DNA of 64,000 nucleotides from an uncultured virus (IMG/VR IMGVR_UViG_3300043119_000141) (taxonomy: Duplodnaviria > Heunggongvirae > Uroviricota > Caudoviricetes), in IMG/VR virus record IMGVR_UViG_3300043119_000141. One strand, 5' to 3'. Under the pieces are notes generated by a model, which was given only the letters and a program-made list of their open reading frames with translations, did not search any database and was not told the DNA's origin. A program made the position numbers and the translations under genes. Below, piece after piece: positions 17,860 to 28,938 of the stretch. Every line of letters starts with the position of its first letter. Within the stretch, counting starts at the first letter, position 1.

Positions 17860-20715
17860 ATGAAACTAAATAAAACACAACGTGACTATGCTATCTCTCG
17901 TCTCAATGACAAGATCCGTGAGAAATCTTCTGCTGAAATGCCTGAATACATCCCATCAAAAAAAGATGATATGTCTGCTATCTATCGTTTGTTAGAAAGC
18001 TGTAATGTCCCTATGATTCCTGAAGACCAATTCAAAAGTTTATGGAATATCCGTGTGTTAAATGAAGTACTAATTTTCCCTGTATACTTTGATAAAGAGT
18101 ATGAAGAAAACGAAAAGAAATGTAGAGATATCCGTGTTAAATACGAAGATATGCAACAACAAATCCTCGATAAAATCTACCTGTGTGACGAAGCAGAAGA
18201 AGCCCTTGCATTAATCAACTCAATCTAAAGGAAATATCATGAAACTCAATCCATTCTTTTCCACAACACTACAATTCGAAGTAAATGTTGTTGAAACAGT
18301 ACCTGAAGAATACTACAGCGCAGATAAATGGGAGCAAGGTGAAGGTGTGTATTACCATAAGGAAAAAGATTGTATGTATTTCGTAAATAAATACTCAGTA
18401 GATACAATGTGGAATCCATCACAAAAGAATTTCTTCCAAATCATTGATAACACATATGATTCACCTAAAGTTGAAGAACGTCTTCTGCTTCAAATCGTAG
18501 CTGCCTCTCACGGACATAACCTATGAAACCTGATAGGTTTGACTTAGAGCAAGCTATCATGGATTGTTGGCAAGTATGTGATGATCTAAAAGAAAATATA
18601 GATCCTAATGTACTTAGCCAATATTATCATGCTAAATTTGATAAACTCTGGAATATCTTTGAAGAATTAACACATGACAAATACTTTGATTCTAATCCCA
18701 CCAAAACACAAAAATCAACTAGTAAAAGTTCTTCGTAATCGTTTGTATACACTCGAAGACGATTTATCTTACTACAAAGAAATGATTGGTTTCTACTGGA
18801 GACTGTCTGATAAAGACAAACCTGATACAGCCACGCAATTTGCAAACCTAAACCACTGCAAAACTCGTGCTCGTATTATTCGTAAAGAACTTAAACTAAT
18901 CCGTGAATCATTGAAAGCTCTTAAATGACACAATACAATCATTGGTACTACACTGATAATGCAGACTTTGAATGCACTATCGAAGTAGAAGCAGGTAGCA
19001 TTTGTCAAATCCGTGATGAAAAAGGAGGCTATGAACCAGACTACGCTGATGAAATCTATGTCATTGAAGTTAAACACAAAGACACTGATATCATTGATGT
19101 AATCCATCCAGATGTACTCAAAGAAATCGTGTCTCAATTCGTTGAAGTAAATTCCTCACTCTGAAAGCCTATATGCAAAATCCTTTAAGTGAATACCGTA
19201 GTAATCTGTTTGCTACTCATGATAACCTTGATGAGTCATTCGCATACCTAAACAGTATGATCTCCACAATGACAATCAGTGATCAACAAGGTATCAATGT
19301 AGCTGTACGTTGCTTAATCAATACTCTTGCAGAAGAAATTGATAAAGTATACCATCCAAGTAAAAACACTTCTATTGCAACTCTTGTAGAAAACTACCTT
19401 AACAGTAACCTTGCAGAACGTGTTGAAGAACTTGTTAATGACCAGTTAAATAACGCTATCGGTGAATACATGAACAACGAGTTTGATATCAATGACTATG
19501 AAGACAACATTGACTGGTCTTATCGTATTGAATCTAACCTTGACAAAGAAGTTCTAAGAGAACTTGTTGAAGAAACAATCAAAGACAACATAACATTTGA
19601 GGTGCGTGTATCTTGAACCAACCAGAAAATAACGGATACTTTGTATTCACCAAACAAGGTTACGATCGAACCTACTATTGTGTAGGCGGTCGTGAAATTA
19701 AACTTGAAGACGCAGTGTGCTATCTGTTCTCAACAGAAGCTTCCCGAGTATGTACAAAAATGAATCAAAGGCTTAATGATGAACTCCGTCAAAAAGAAAC
19801 GCTCGATGAATCCAGAAGTCCTAGCCAAGGGCAAAGCGGCTCTTGAACAGTGGCGTAAAGAAAAAGCTTATGCTGTAAAGAAAGGTGGTAAGTTCCTTGA
19901 AGCATGGAATGAAGAACAAGAGCTAAAGAAAGCTCAAAAACGTACTTCACCCATGCAAGCTATTAAGAATTTCTGTAATGACTGTGTAGGAGGTATTCGT
20001 ACAGACATAACCAACTGTACTGCTAAACAATGTTCTCTGTATATCTATCGTCCATACAAGAAAGGTGATGATAATGAATGAATACTGCTTTCAAATTAGT
20101 CGTACATCAACAGTGTGGGTATGCGCTATTGATGAAGAAGAAGCTGAGTCTAAAGTCTATGAAACAATAGGCTATGATCCAGAAGAAATGGAACTTGTTG
20201 ATGTAAACTTTGATATATGAAACTCTACGAACTACCCAGAGGATCATACTTCAACTTAATCGGTGATCCAATGATACCGCCTGAAGCAAGACATCCTAAT
20301 CTTGATAAAACATACAAGCTAGGTAATATCGATGGTATGTATTCATACTGTTCTGATAATGAAGGCAACATATACCACTTTGTTGCATGGGCTGAAATTG
20401 AAAAGGTAAATGATAATGATAGCATACAAGCTTTTCAGAAAGCGTACAGACGGTACTTACGGACCACTGTTTATCAATCGTAAACAACGACTAAATAAAG
20501 ATATATGGTACTTCGCTGAAGATCATAAAACTAAAGGCTATGCTCATCGTCCAGGATGGCATGCCTGTGCTGAACCGCTTGCTCCACACTTGTCTAAGAA
20601 AGACCGTGTATGGTGTAAAGTAATTATCAATGACCTTGTTCGTCACCAACGTCCTGAGTCCCAAGGTGGTCTCTGGTTTACTGCTAATGTACTTAAAATT
20701 GTAGAGGAACTATGA
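17860..20715 (+). other. Cluster of about 11 small co-oriented hypothetical genes (17860, 18239, 18523, 18674, 18925, 19173, 19613, 19776, 20217, 20410 and others)
   Basis: Tightly packed or overlapping + strand ORFs typical of phage accessory regions; none recognised. Confidence 0.6.
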
Positions 20716-20857
20716 GTTCAACACTAATAGCAATCATCGGCATAGTCTACTTAGGTGTCTGCATTGATCTGTTCTTCAAAGGAGATACAGGTCTAAGCAT
20801 TGCATTCTTAGGTTATGCTATCGGTAATGTAGGTTTATACTTAGAGACAGTAACTAA

Positions 20858-21265
20858 ATGAAACAAAGAACTATCTACCTTGCAGGTCCAATGGAACATG
20901 TATCTACAGACGAAGCTAAAGGTTGGCGTTCAACAGCCACTCACCTATTAGCCCACAGCTGTAAAATTCTTAATCCATGCAGACGTCTTCATGCATTTGA
21001 AAAGAAATACATGAAACGTATCTTTGAGTTAGATCTTCGTGACATTCGTGAGTCTGACTTAATCTTAGCAAACCTAGATAATCCACTTGTACCTAAACAC
21101 GGTACTGCTATGGAAGTCTTCTATGCTGCTTATGTGTTGCAAATCCCTGTTGTAGCCTTCAAGTCTACTGATGCAACAATTCATCCATTCTTTGAGTCTC
21201 TTGTCACTGAATGGCGTTCAAGTGTCGATAAAGCCTGTGATACAATTCTTTCGGAGTACTTATGA
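20858..21265 (+). CDS. Nucleoside 2-deoxyribosyltransferase-like protein
   Basis: IYLAGPM...WR...LNP...DLRDIRESDLILANL...GTAMEVFYA. Confidence 0.85.
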   Translation: MKQRTIYLAGPMEHVSTDEAKGWRSTATHLLAHSCKILNPCRRLHAFEKKYMKRIFELDLRDIRESDLILANLDNPLVPKHGTAMEVFYAAYVLQIPVVAFKSTDATIHPFFESLVTEWRSSVDKACDTILSEYL

Positions 21266-21410
21266 TCGGTTTAATTTCAATCATCGTCATCTATACAATC
21301 TGGTATAAGGTTTCCTTTCATGATTAAATACATCTGGATCGGAATCCTTTGTTTCGCCTCACTGTGCGTAATTGCACAATTCTTTCGTAAACCTAAAGTA
21401 CACATCTAAT

Positions 21411-21653
21411 ATGCCATACATCACTGAAGAAAATCGTCAAGCACCACACATGTTGCAATATGAACCAAGTAATGCAGGAGAATTAAACTTCCTCGTAACA
21501 ACATTCATTCGTGACTACTTCGATAGAAACCCTTGTTATCAATCCATCAACGACATAGTTGGTGCTCTTGAAGGGGCTAAACTCGAATTCTATAGACGAA
21601 TTGCCGCCCCATATGAAGATATGAAGATTAACCAAAACGGAGATGTATACTGA
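21411..21653 (+). CDS. Conserved phage protein (MPYI...GELNF...GALEGAKLEFYRR family)
   Basis: Motif pattern; start reassigned to MPYI. Confidence 0.65.
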   Translation: MPYITEENRQAPHMLQYEPSNAGELNFLVTTFIRDYFDRNPCYQSINDIVGALEGAKLEFYRRIAAPYEDMKINQNGDVY

Positions 21654-22132
21654 TGCCTTTCATTGAAAAAAATATATCTGAAGAAGAATACAAAAAAATC
21701 CTAGCTTCTTGGGATAATGAAGACTTTTTCGATATTCAATCTAAAAAATATATTGAAAAAGAACGTGAAGAAATCCAACGAGGATGGTCTGAAGTGTTCG
21801 GTCAGGAATATAACAAAGAAATTGATAGATATGCAGATGCAGAACCACAATTCAAAACACAGGAGTTTAAAAACTTGGTAAAAGAATCATTATACGGTAA
21901 AGATCACATAAACCCACAACACTACAAGAACGTAGCCGCAGGAAAGCAATACATGGAACTCATGGTTGATATGCTTGAACGCTTTAATGGCGTAGAAGCG
22001 CATTTAATGGGTCAAGTATACAAATATCTTATGAGAGCAAAACTTAAAGATCCGCTACCACAAGATCTTAACAAAGCTAAATGGTACTTAGAAGCACTTA
22101 TTAAATATACTGAAACAGGTAAAGTAATGTAA
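21653..22132 (+). CDS. DUF3310-family protein (T7 gp1.7 nucleotide kinase-like)
   Basis: DHINPQHY...KYLMRA..K...QDLNKAKWYL. Confidence 0.75.
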   Translation: MPFIEKNISEEEYKKILASWDNEDFFDIQSKKYIEKEREEIQRGWSEVFGQEYNKEIDRYADAEPQFKTQEFKNLVKESLYGKDHINPQHYKNVAAGKQYMELMVDMLERFNGVEAHLMGQVYKYLMRAKLKDPLPQDLNKAKWYLEALIKYTETGKVM

Positions 22133-22138
22133 TCCTTT

Positions 22139-22155
22139 TAGCCGGTGCCTAATAG
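22139..22155 (+). promoter_or_regulatory. Phage RNAP promoter (TAGCCGGTGCCTAATAG)
   Basis: Consensus match upstream of HNH gene. Confidence 0.7.
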
Positions 22156-22176
22156 GAAAAATAGATAAGGAGATAT

Positions 22177-22755
22177 ATGAAATCTAAAACACTACATAGG
22201 CACCATATAATACCAAAACATATGGGTGGAACAGACGATAACTGGAATTTAACTCAACCTATTACAGTAGAAGATCATGCAAAAGCACATAAAGAACTAT
22301 TTGAATTATATGGTAAACCGCAAGATTATATTGCTTGGAAATGCTTAGAAGGAAGTATAACTAATCAAGAAGCAAGAATACTAGCTTCAAAATTAGCAAT
22401 AGCAAAAGAAATTGTAGTTAATAATATAAAATATGATTCAATAGCTGATGCTCAAAAAGCACTGAAGCTATCCTATCGTAGAATAGTAAAAGCTGTAATA
22501 GAAAATAGAGATCCTACAATAAGAGCTGATGCAACACCAATAATTGTTAACGGAGTTAGCTATAAATCTCTTAGAGAAGCTGAAAAAGCTACAGGAATAT
22601 CTAGAGCTAAACTTAAATCTAACACAGATTTAAACAAAGATATGAGAAAAGAAAAAGTTAAATGCCCACACTGTAACAAAGAAGGAGATACACTTAACAT
22701 GAAACGCTGGCATATGGATAATTGTAAACATAAAACTGAAGGTAAAGTTCTCTGA
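22177..22755 (+). CDS. HNH homing endonuclease with NUMOD1-like repeats
   Basis: HRHHIIPKHMGGTDDNWNL...HAKAH; YDSIADA and YKSLREAEKATGI repeats; CPHC. Confidence 0.85.
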   Translation: MKSKTLHRHHIIPKHMGGTDDNWNLTQPITVEDHAKAHKELFELYGKPQDYIAWKCLEGSITNQEARILASKLAIAKEIVVNNIKYDSIADAQKALKLSYRRIVKAVIENRDPTIRADATPIIVNGVSYKSLREAEKATGISRAKLKSNTDLNKDMRKEKVKCPHCNKEGDTLNMKRWHMDNCKHKTEGKVL

Positions 22756-23369
22756 TGAACCACATCAAAACGGTCAAACGTTTTGTCGCTGGAAGTATTA
22801 AGTTCTTCGACATCTATGAATGCACTGTAGATGAAGTTGATACTTATACTTCTAGTACTGGCAAAGCAATGGTCAAGGTGTCTGTTGAAGGTAAAGAGTA
22901 TAGCGGTCTCCATAACAAGTGGGTCTATGAATACCTCTGCGCTAACGAAGGACAACCTTCTTTCGTAGTCTTCTGGAAAGCCCCTAAAGGCGATCCTATG
23001 GTAGCCTACGTTAAAGAGATCTGGCAGAACCACATCGATGGAACTCCTCAAGAGACTGTCTATTTAGCTTCTGATGAAGAGGCTCATAAGCAAGAAGGTG
23101 AGTCATTCCTATACATGTGGGTTAACAAAGACACCGATAAGAAGTATATCGGTAAACATCGAGGTAAACCTGATGACGGATACGTATGTTCATCTGAAAG
23201 CTTTATGGCTGAATACAATGAATGTCCATCGAGATTCATACGAACAATCTTGGCATATGGTTCTGACCAAGAAATGCTAGAGTTAGAGACTATAATGCTT
23301 CTGCAGTTAAAGACCCGTATGAGTCCTCTATACTACAACCTTTCAAACAACCTTAATAAGGATAATTGA
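22755..23369 (+). CDS. Protein with C-terminal GIY-YIG-like (Seg-type) domain
   Basis: FLYMWVN...KKYIGKH...DDGYVCSS...E....YYN. Confidence 0.6.
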   Translation: MNHIKTVKRFVAGSIKFFDIYECTVDEVDTYTSSTGKAMVKVSVEGKEYSGLHNKWVYEYLCANEGQPSFVVFWKAPKGDPMVAYVKEIWQNHIDGTPQETVYLASDEEAHKQEGESFLYMWVNKDTDKKYIGKHRGKPDDGYVCSSESFMAEYNECPSRFIRTILAYGSDQEMLELETIMLLQLKTRMSPLYYNLSNNLNKDN

Positions 23370-23370
23370 T

Positions 23371-23628
23371 ATGGCAAAATTAAATACTATTAAACATGAT
23401 TTCAATATCAAGCTTGGAGGTCAAAACTATGAGGTACAAATCAGTCCATCTACTAAGTATGGTTGGTTTGAACATAAAGAGCTTGGTGACGAATCGGGTG
23501 GAGGTCTCTGGTTTGATCGTGGAATGTTCTTAATTGACTACGATGGTGTATACGAATTACCTTCTGAGGTTAAAGATACACTAATTCGATTTGGCTATAT
23601 AGACAAGGCAGAAGCTAAAGACTGGTAA
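23371..23628 (+). CDS. Hypothetical protein
   Basis: AAGGA RBS. Confidence 0.55.
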   Translation: MAKLNTIKHDFNIKLGGQNYEVQISPSTKYGWFEHKELGDESGGGLWFDRGMFLIDYDGVYELPSEVKDTLIRFGYIDKAEAKDW

Positions 23629-23636
23629 GCCAACCG

Positions 23637-23653
23637 CAGTCGGTACCTTATAG
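23637..23653 (+). promoter_or_regulatory. Phage RNAP promoter (CAGTCGGTACCTTATAG)
   Basis: Intergenic consensus match. Confidence 0.65.
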
Positions 23654-23823
23654 ATACACACGGAGAACTATGAAAAAGTATGTTGTAACTTGTTGCTTTG
23701 AAATCAACTATGAGCCTGAAACAATGGCTGATATTGATACAATCATTCATGAACTAGTAAAAGAGGACTTCTTAAATCACTATAACGGTGAAATGTTTTA
23801 CGTAGTACAAGCGGAGGAAATCA

Positions 23824-24102
23824 ATGAACAGAGATAAAGCGTATACAATGTATACAACAGCAGAAGAATGTAATGAAGTATCACAAAACATTATGAAGGT
23901 TCTTCGATTCGGACTTGATACTATCTATCCAGCTGATGGTAAAGAAAGTAACAGGCAAAAGCTTGAGGAAGAGATGGGTCAGCTGATGTTCTGTCTTAAT
24001 CACTTAATTGATGATCTTGATCTAAGTGAAGACAACATTATGGAAGCTTATAACCAAAAAGCTAATACATGGTTAAAATGGAAGGCATACTATGTTAATT
24101 GA
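23824..24102 (+). CDS. MazG-like NTP pyrophosphohydrolase
   Basis: AEECNEVSQ...K.LRFG...LEEEMGQL. Confidence 0.7.
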   Translation: MNRDKAYTMYTTAEECNEVSQNIMKVLRFGLDTIYPADGKESNRQKLEEEMGQLMFCLNHLIDDLDLSEDNIMEAYNQKANTWLKWKAYYVN

Positions 24103-24254
24103 TACGTCTCAAGAAGGTGTAGTACGAGTTACTATTGACTTCTTTGTTCCACTAACAGATGAACTTGAATATAAGCTTGACTATATCTTGGATAGCATAG
24201 CTGAACTAGAGTCTGACTATGATAAGGAGATCGAACTTGAAATCACAAAGTGAC

Positions 24255-24271
24255 TAGACGGTACCTAATAG
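24255..24271 (+). promoter_or_regulatory. Phage RNAP promoter (TAGACGGTACCTAATAG)
   Basis: Consensus match upstream of GIY-YIG gene. Confidence 0.7.
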
Positions 24272-24281
24272 GAGGTGCTAT

Positions 24282-24908
24282 ATGGACCATTATGTATACA
24301 TACATTACAAACAAGATACAAAAGAACCTTTTTACATAGGTAAAGGTAATAAAAAGAGATACAAACAAACTACAGGTAGGTCTGAATATTGGAAAAGAAT
24401 AGTAAACAAATACGGTTTTTATTCTGAAATACATTCTTACTATGAAACCCATGAAGAAGCTTTAATTAAAGAAATAGAATTAATTAAAGAATATAAAGAT
24501 CTTGGCTTCAATTTATGTAATATATCTGAAGGTGGTGATGGTATTACCGGCTACAAACATACAGATGATGCTAAAGAAAAAATATCTTTGTCATTTAAAA
24601 ACAAGCCATTATCTGAGGAACACAAAAAGAAAATATCTGAAGCTAAAAAAGGTATAGCTACTGTAGTGTTTACTCAAGAAATTAAAGATAAGCTATCCCA
24701 AGCTTTAAAAGGTAAACGTTTAACGGAAGATAATTGGAACTATAAAGGTAAAATAAAAGCAACAAAAGTTAGTACAGGTGAAGAAATTATCCTTAATACT
24801 ACACACGAAGCAAAGCTAATAGGTTGTAGCCAAGGAACTGTTTCTTTATGTTTAAATGGTAAAAGAAAAACACACAAAGGTTTTAAATTTGAATGGCTAA
24901 ACAACTAA
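24282..24908 (+). CDS. GIY-YIG homing endonuclease with NUMOD3 repeats
   Basis: YVYIH...FYIGKG...R, LCNISEGGDG, HTDDAKEKIS/SEEHKKKISEA, C-terminal HTH. Confidence 0.85.
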   Translation: MDHYVYIHYKQDTKEPFYIGKGNKKRYKQTTGRSEYWKRIVNKYGFYSEIHSYYETHEEALIKEIELIKEYKDLGFNLCNISEGGDGITGYKHTDDAKEKISLSFKNKPLSEEHKKKISEAKKGIATVVFTQEIKDKLSQALKGKRLTEDNWNYKGKIKATKVSTGEEIILNTTHEAKLIGCSQGTVSLCLNGKRKTHKGFKFEWLNN

Positions 24909-25351
24909 CAGATTGGGATTTGTTCTACATGCGTATTGCTGACTTAATATCTCAGCAGTCGTATGCAGAAGACCGTAAGGTAGGTGCTATCATTGTTAAA
25001 GATGATAACATCATTGCATTCTCATACAACGGTACACCACGAGGAACAAACAATGATACCCAAGTACATGAGGTTCTCCATGCAGAAGCTCAAGCAATTG
25101 CCAAAGTTTCCCGCTCTAATCAATCTACTATGGGTGCTACTCTGTATAGCACTCTTGCCCCTTGTATTGATTGCGCTAAGCTTATCTACGCTGTTGGAAT
25201 TCATCGGCTGGTTTATAGAGACCCTTATAAATGCACTCGAGGAATTGAGTTCTTAACTAAACAAAATGTAATCATTAACAACACACAACTACACGAAGCA
25301 TTCATTGATCCAATGCTGCTGATTAACACAGGACTATACAACAATGAATGA
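24893..25351 (+). CDS. dCMP deaminase
   Basis: KVGAIIV..YNGTPRG, HAEAQAI, PCIDCAK zinc motif. Confidence 0.9.
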   Translation: MAKQLTDWDLFYMRIADLISQQSYAEDRKVGAIIVKDDNIIAFSYNGTPRGTNNDTQVHEVLHAEAQAIAKVSRSNQSTMGATLYSTLAPCIDCAKLIYAVGIHRLVYRDPYKCTRGIEFLTKQNVIINNTQLHEAFIDPMLLINTGLYNNE

Positions 25352-25518
25352 AACAAATTTAATCCTTATTGTGACTGTACTTGGCTTAGGTGCTTATAAC
25401 TGGCACCTCCATACAATCATTCAAGGACTTAACGATCAACTTGATAACTTCCTTGAGATGGTCATGGAGATGGCTAAAGAGCTTCAAGATCTGGGATCAC
25501 CTAACGTAAGGATAGTAG

Positions 25519-26013
25519 ATGACAAAGAAAAAGAGGGACTATAATCGTCCTAAAAATATCCGTGTAACAGTAGCTTGTTTACCTGATGCTGAGAATGAAA
25601 TAAGGCAAATGTTTTTTGATTGCCTGAATGATTACAGCAAACGTTTCAAAGTAACTGTATCGGATAAAAAATTCGTAGTACATATTTGCTTAGTTGAATA
25701 TGCAGAAAACAATGTAGAACAAGGTCTAACTATCTACAATGAAGCTGATAACAGAATTCTTATTCAGCTAAGAGATCCGCTATTAAATGATTGGGGAACA
25801 AGTCATTACGTCATGGATAAGTTTATTAACATTCTTGCCCATGAAATTGTACATGCATGTCAGTACCTATGCAACCGTAAGATACCAAAGTTTAATAGAC
25901 TTAACTATGACAAAAAAGATTTAAGAGAGCAATACTTCTTTGATCCTTCTGAAATGGAGGCTCGTATGCTCGAAGCTCCATACACATCCTTCTACGGAGA
26001 TAAGTTCACATGA
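25519..26013 (+). CDS. Putative zinc metallopeptidase-like protein
   Basis: LAHEIVHACQ (HExxH) and downstream PSEMEAR. Confidence 0.6.
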   Translation: MTKKKRDYNRPKNIRVTVACLPDAENEIRQMFFDCLNDYSKRFKVTVSDKKFVVHICLVEYAENNVEQGLTIYNEADNRILIQLRDPLLNDWGTSHYVMDKFINILAHEIVHACQYLCNRKIPKFNRLNYDKKDLREQYFFDPSEMEARMLEAPYTSFYGDKFT

Positions 26014-26236
26014 ACAAAGAAGACATTATTCGCATGGCACGAGAGGCTGACATTGAGCCTAACTCATACGCTGGTTGGTTAGACATTAAAGAACTTGAAC
26101 GTTTTGCCGACCTTGTCGCTTCTGCCGAGCGTGAAGCGTGTGCATTATTGTGTGATGAATATCCCGATGCTGGTTATATTGGTGAAAACCTAACATCTGA
26201 CTACCATTCATATTTAATACGCACAAAGGAATAAAC

Positions 26237-28084
26237 ATGAATAAGCTACGATTATGTGTAGACATTGAAACTAATGGTTTCATTCCAGATGTAAATAAAA
26301 TCTGGTGTCTTGTTGCTGTTGATTCAGACAACGGGAATGTTTACTCATTCTCAGACTATGACGATGAGCTACCAAGCTTATCTGAAGGTCTTGACTTTAT
26401 ATCCAAGGCTGATATTGTCTTTGGTCATAACATTATTGGCTATGACTTAGTAGTACTAGACTATATCCTTAAATTCAAACTACCAGACACCGTTAAAGTA
26501 ATTGACACATGGATCTTATCCCAACTAAACCAGTATAAGCGTGAGCATAAGCATGGTCTTGAGGGATGGGGTGCTAAGTTAAACTATCCTAAGCTTGACT
26601 TCACTGAGTTCGACCAGTATAGTAAACAAATGCTTACATATTGTATTCGAGACGTAGAACTCAACGTAAAGGTATACAAAGTATTAACTGAAGAAGCTAC
26701 TAACTTGATTCGTAAGTACCCTCTGTATAAAAAAGGTATTGAAGTTGAGACTGAGTTTGCTAAGATCGAAGCTGATATCCGTAGTAAAGGTTGGATGTTC
26801 GATATGGCTAAAGCTCAAACACTCTTGACAGAGATCAACAACAAGTTAGATGCTATTGAGATGGTACTTGAACCTAAAATCGGAATGAGGTGTATCAAGA
26901 CAGATGGAAAAGACGAATACAAAGAACCCGCTTGGCGTAAAGACGGATGCTATACAGTCGCCACAGTTAAACACTTTAATCTACCACAAGAGTCAGGAAG
27001 AACTGAAAGACCTATTGAAGGTCCCTACTGCAGAATCTCTTTCGAACAAGGTAAAGTCGGATCAATCGAAGTCGTAAAGGACTGGTTGTATTCTATTGGC
27101 TGGGTACCTGACGAATGGAACGTGGAGAAAATCAATGGTAAGTTTGTTAACAAGTCACCTAAGATTACTGAATCTTCTCTTGAGAAGCTTGGTCCCAGTG
27201 CTATGCTTGTATCTGAGTACTATACAATCAGGAGTCGTAAGGGTATTCTTGAGGGCTGGATCAATGAAGTCAAGAACAGTAAAGACAATCGTCTTCACGG
27301 TCGTATGTGGACTATTGGTACACCTACTTTTAGATGTCGCCATGAAGTCGTTGCTAATCTCCCTTCTGTTGACTCTGTATATGGGAAAGAGATGCGAAGC
27401 CTTCTTATATCCGAAGCAGGAACGACCATTGTCGGTGCTGACTCAGCTGGAAATCAGATGCGTGGTCTTTGCCATTATATACGTAACAATGAATTCACTA
27501 ATGAGGTAATCAATGGAGATGTCCATCAACGAAATGCAGATGCTCTTGGTACAAGCCGCAAACTTGCTAAGCCTTTTCTTTATGCTTTCCTGTTTGGTGG
27601 TGGTGATGGTAAACTTGGTCTCATTCTTACGGGTAAAACTGATGCGAAGACGGGAAAGACTGCTAAAGAAAAGTTCGAGAATTCAATTCCCGGATTAAAA
27701 GAACTTAAGGATAACCTATCAAATCTATTTGATAAGACTTCCAATACATTCGGTAAAGATAAAGCCTTCATCCGAGGTATCGATGGTCGTATGGTATTCG
27801 TAAGCTCTCAGCATCAAGTACTTAACTACCTATTACAGACTGCTGAAGGTGTCAGCTGCAAGGCAGCAGCAGTATATCTCAGAGACAAACTAAAAGAACG
27901 TAACATCCCACATTACTTTGTTCTACACTACCATGATGAAGTTGCTGTTGTAACTAAAGATGAGTATGCAGAAGAAGTAACTGAACTATCTATCGAAGCA
28001 TTCACCGAAGCACCTAAGTGGTTTGGTATCGAGTGCATGGGTGGTGATGCTCATACAGGTAAAACATATGCAGAGGTACACTGA
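26237..28084 (+). CDS. DNA polymerase, family A (T7 gp5-like) with 3'-5' exonuclease
   Basis: DIETNG, GHNIIGYD, YCIRDV exonuclease motifs; ADSAGNQMR, RKLAKPFLYAFLFG, HYHDEV polymerase motifs. Confidence 0.95.
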   Translation: MNKLRLCVDIETNGFIPDVNKIWCLVAVDSDNGNVYSFSDYDDELPSLSEGLDFISKADIVFGHNIIGYDLVVLDYILKFKLPDTVKVIDTWILSQLNQYKREHKHGLEGWGAKLNYPKLDFTEFDQYSKQMLTYCIRDVELNVKVYKVLTEEATNLIRKYPLYKKGIEVETEFAKIEADIRSKGWMFDMAKAQTLLTEINNKLDAIEMVLEPKIGMRCIKTDGKDEYKEPAWRKDGCYTVATVKHFNLPQESGRTERPIEGPYCRISFEQGKVGSIEVVKDWLYSIGWVPDEWNVEKINGKFVNKSPKITESSLEKLGPSAMLVSEYYTIRSRKGILEGWINEVKNSKDNRLHGRMWTIGTPTFRCRHEVVANLPSVDSVYGKEMRSLLISEAGTTIVGADSAGNQMRGLCHYIRNNEFTNEVINGDVHQRNADALGTSRKLAKPFLYAFLFGGGDGKLGLILTGKTDAKTGKTAKEKFENSIPGLKELKDNLSNLFDKTSNTFGKDKAFIRGIDGRMVFVSSQHQVLNYLLQTAEGVSCKAAAVYLRDKLKERNIPHYFVLHYHDEVAVVTKDEYAEEVTELSIEAFTEAPKWFGIECMGGDAHTGKTYAEVH

Positions 28085-28938
28085 TGATTGAATCAGATGA
28101 TCAATTCGACATTGCAATCATTGACGCAGATAGTATTCTGTATCAAATTGCACACATGCAACCATCACCTGCGTTATGTCGTAAGGCTCTTGACGATAAG
28201 TTAAAAGAAATTATGACTAATACAGGGTCTATTAATGGTGCTGTGTTTATTAAAGGTAAAGACAACTTCAGGTATCAAGTAGATGCCGCCTATAAAGGTA
28301 ATAGAAAGGATACTATTGAACCTGAAGTTAAAGACCGTATTGAAGAGCTATACGAGTACTCTAAGGACTTCGCTATACAATCAGACAACGGTGAGGCAGA
28401 TGACTACTGTGGTATTGCCGCTGAGTTAGCCTTACAAGATAACAAACGTTATGTTGTATGCCATATAGATAAAGACTTAGACTGTATTCCTGGATGGCAC
28501 TATAACTTCCGTAAAGATACAATGTATTACGTTGAACCAGAAGACGGTTATAGGTTTCTTATGATGCAGATCTTAACAGGAGATGCAACAGATAATATCC
28601 AAGGCTTAAGAGGTGTAGGACCAAAGACAGCTGAGAAGCTTATTAATGGTGTACCTAATAACCTCTTATGGCAAAAGGTTATTGACATCTGGAAAGAAAA
28701 ATGTGGTGATAATTGGGAGCCTCTCTTTTTGAAATGTGCTAACTGCATTTACATTAGAGAGACGGCTAATGATTTAGTACCACTCTCATTTGAAGAACTT
28801 AAAGAAAGACTATCGTGGACAACGACTACGGACACTGGTTCCCTCTCACAGACAGACCAGACAACGCCTTTGGATTCATCTACTACATCGAAAACCTTGA
28901 AACAGGAAGACGATACATCGGAAGAAAGCAACTCGTAA
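28084..28938 (+). CDS. 5'-3' exonuclease (T7 gp6-like)
   Basis: IIDADS, NFR...YKGNR, EADD, IDKDL..IPG, GDATDNIQGLRGVGPKTA. Confidence 0.9.
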   Translation: MIESDDQFDIAIIDADSILYQIAHMQPSPALCRKALDDKLKEIMTNTGSINGAVFIKGKDNFRYQVDAAYKGNRKDTIEPEVKDRIEELYEYSKDFAIQSDNGEADDYCGIAAELALQDNKRYVVCHIDKDLDCIPGWHYNFRKDTMYYVEPEDGYRFLMMQILTGDATDNIQGLRGVGPKTAEKLINGVPNNLLWQKVIDIWKEKCGDNWEPLFLKCANCIYIRETANDLVPLSFEELKERLSWTTTTDTGSLSQTDQTTPLDSSTTSKTLKQEDDTSEESNS

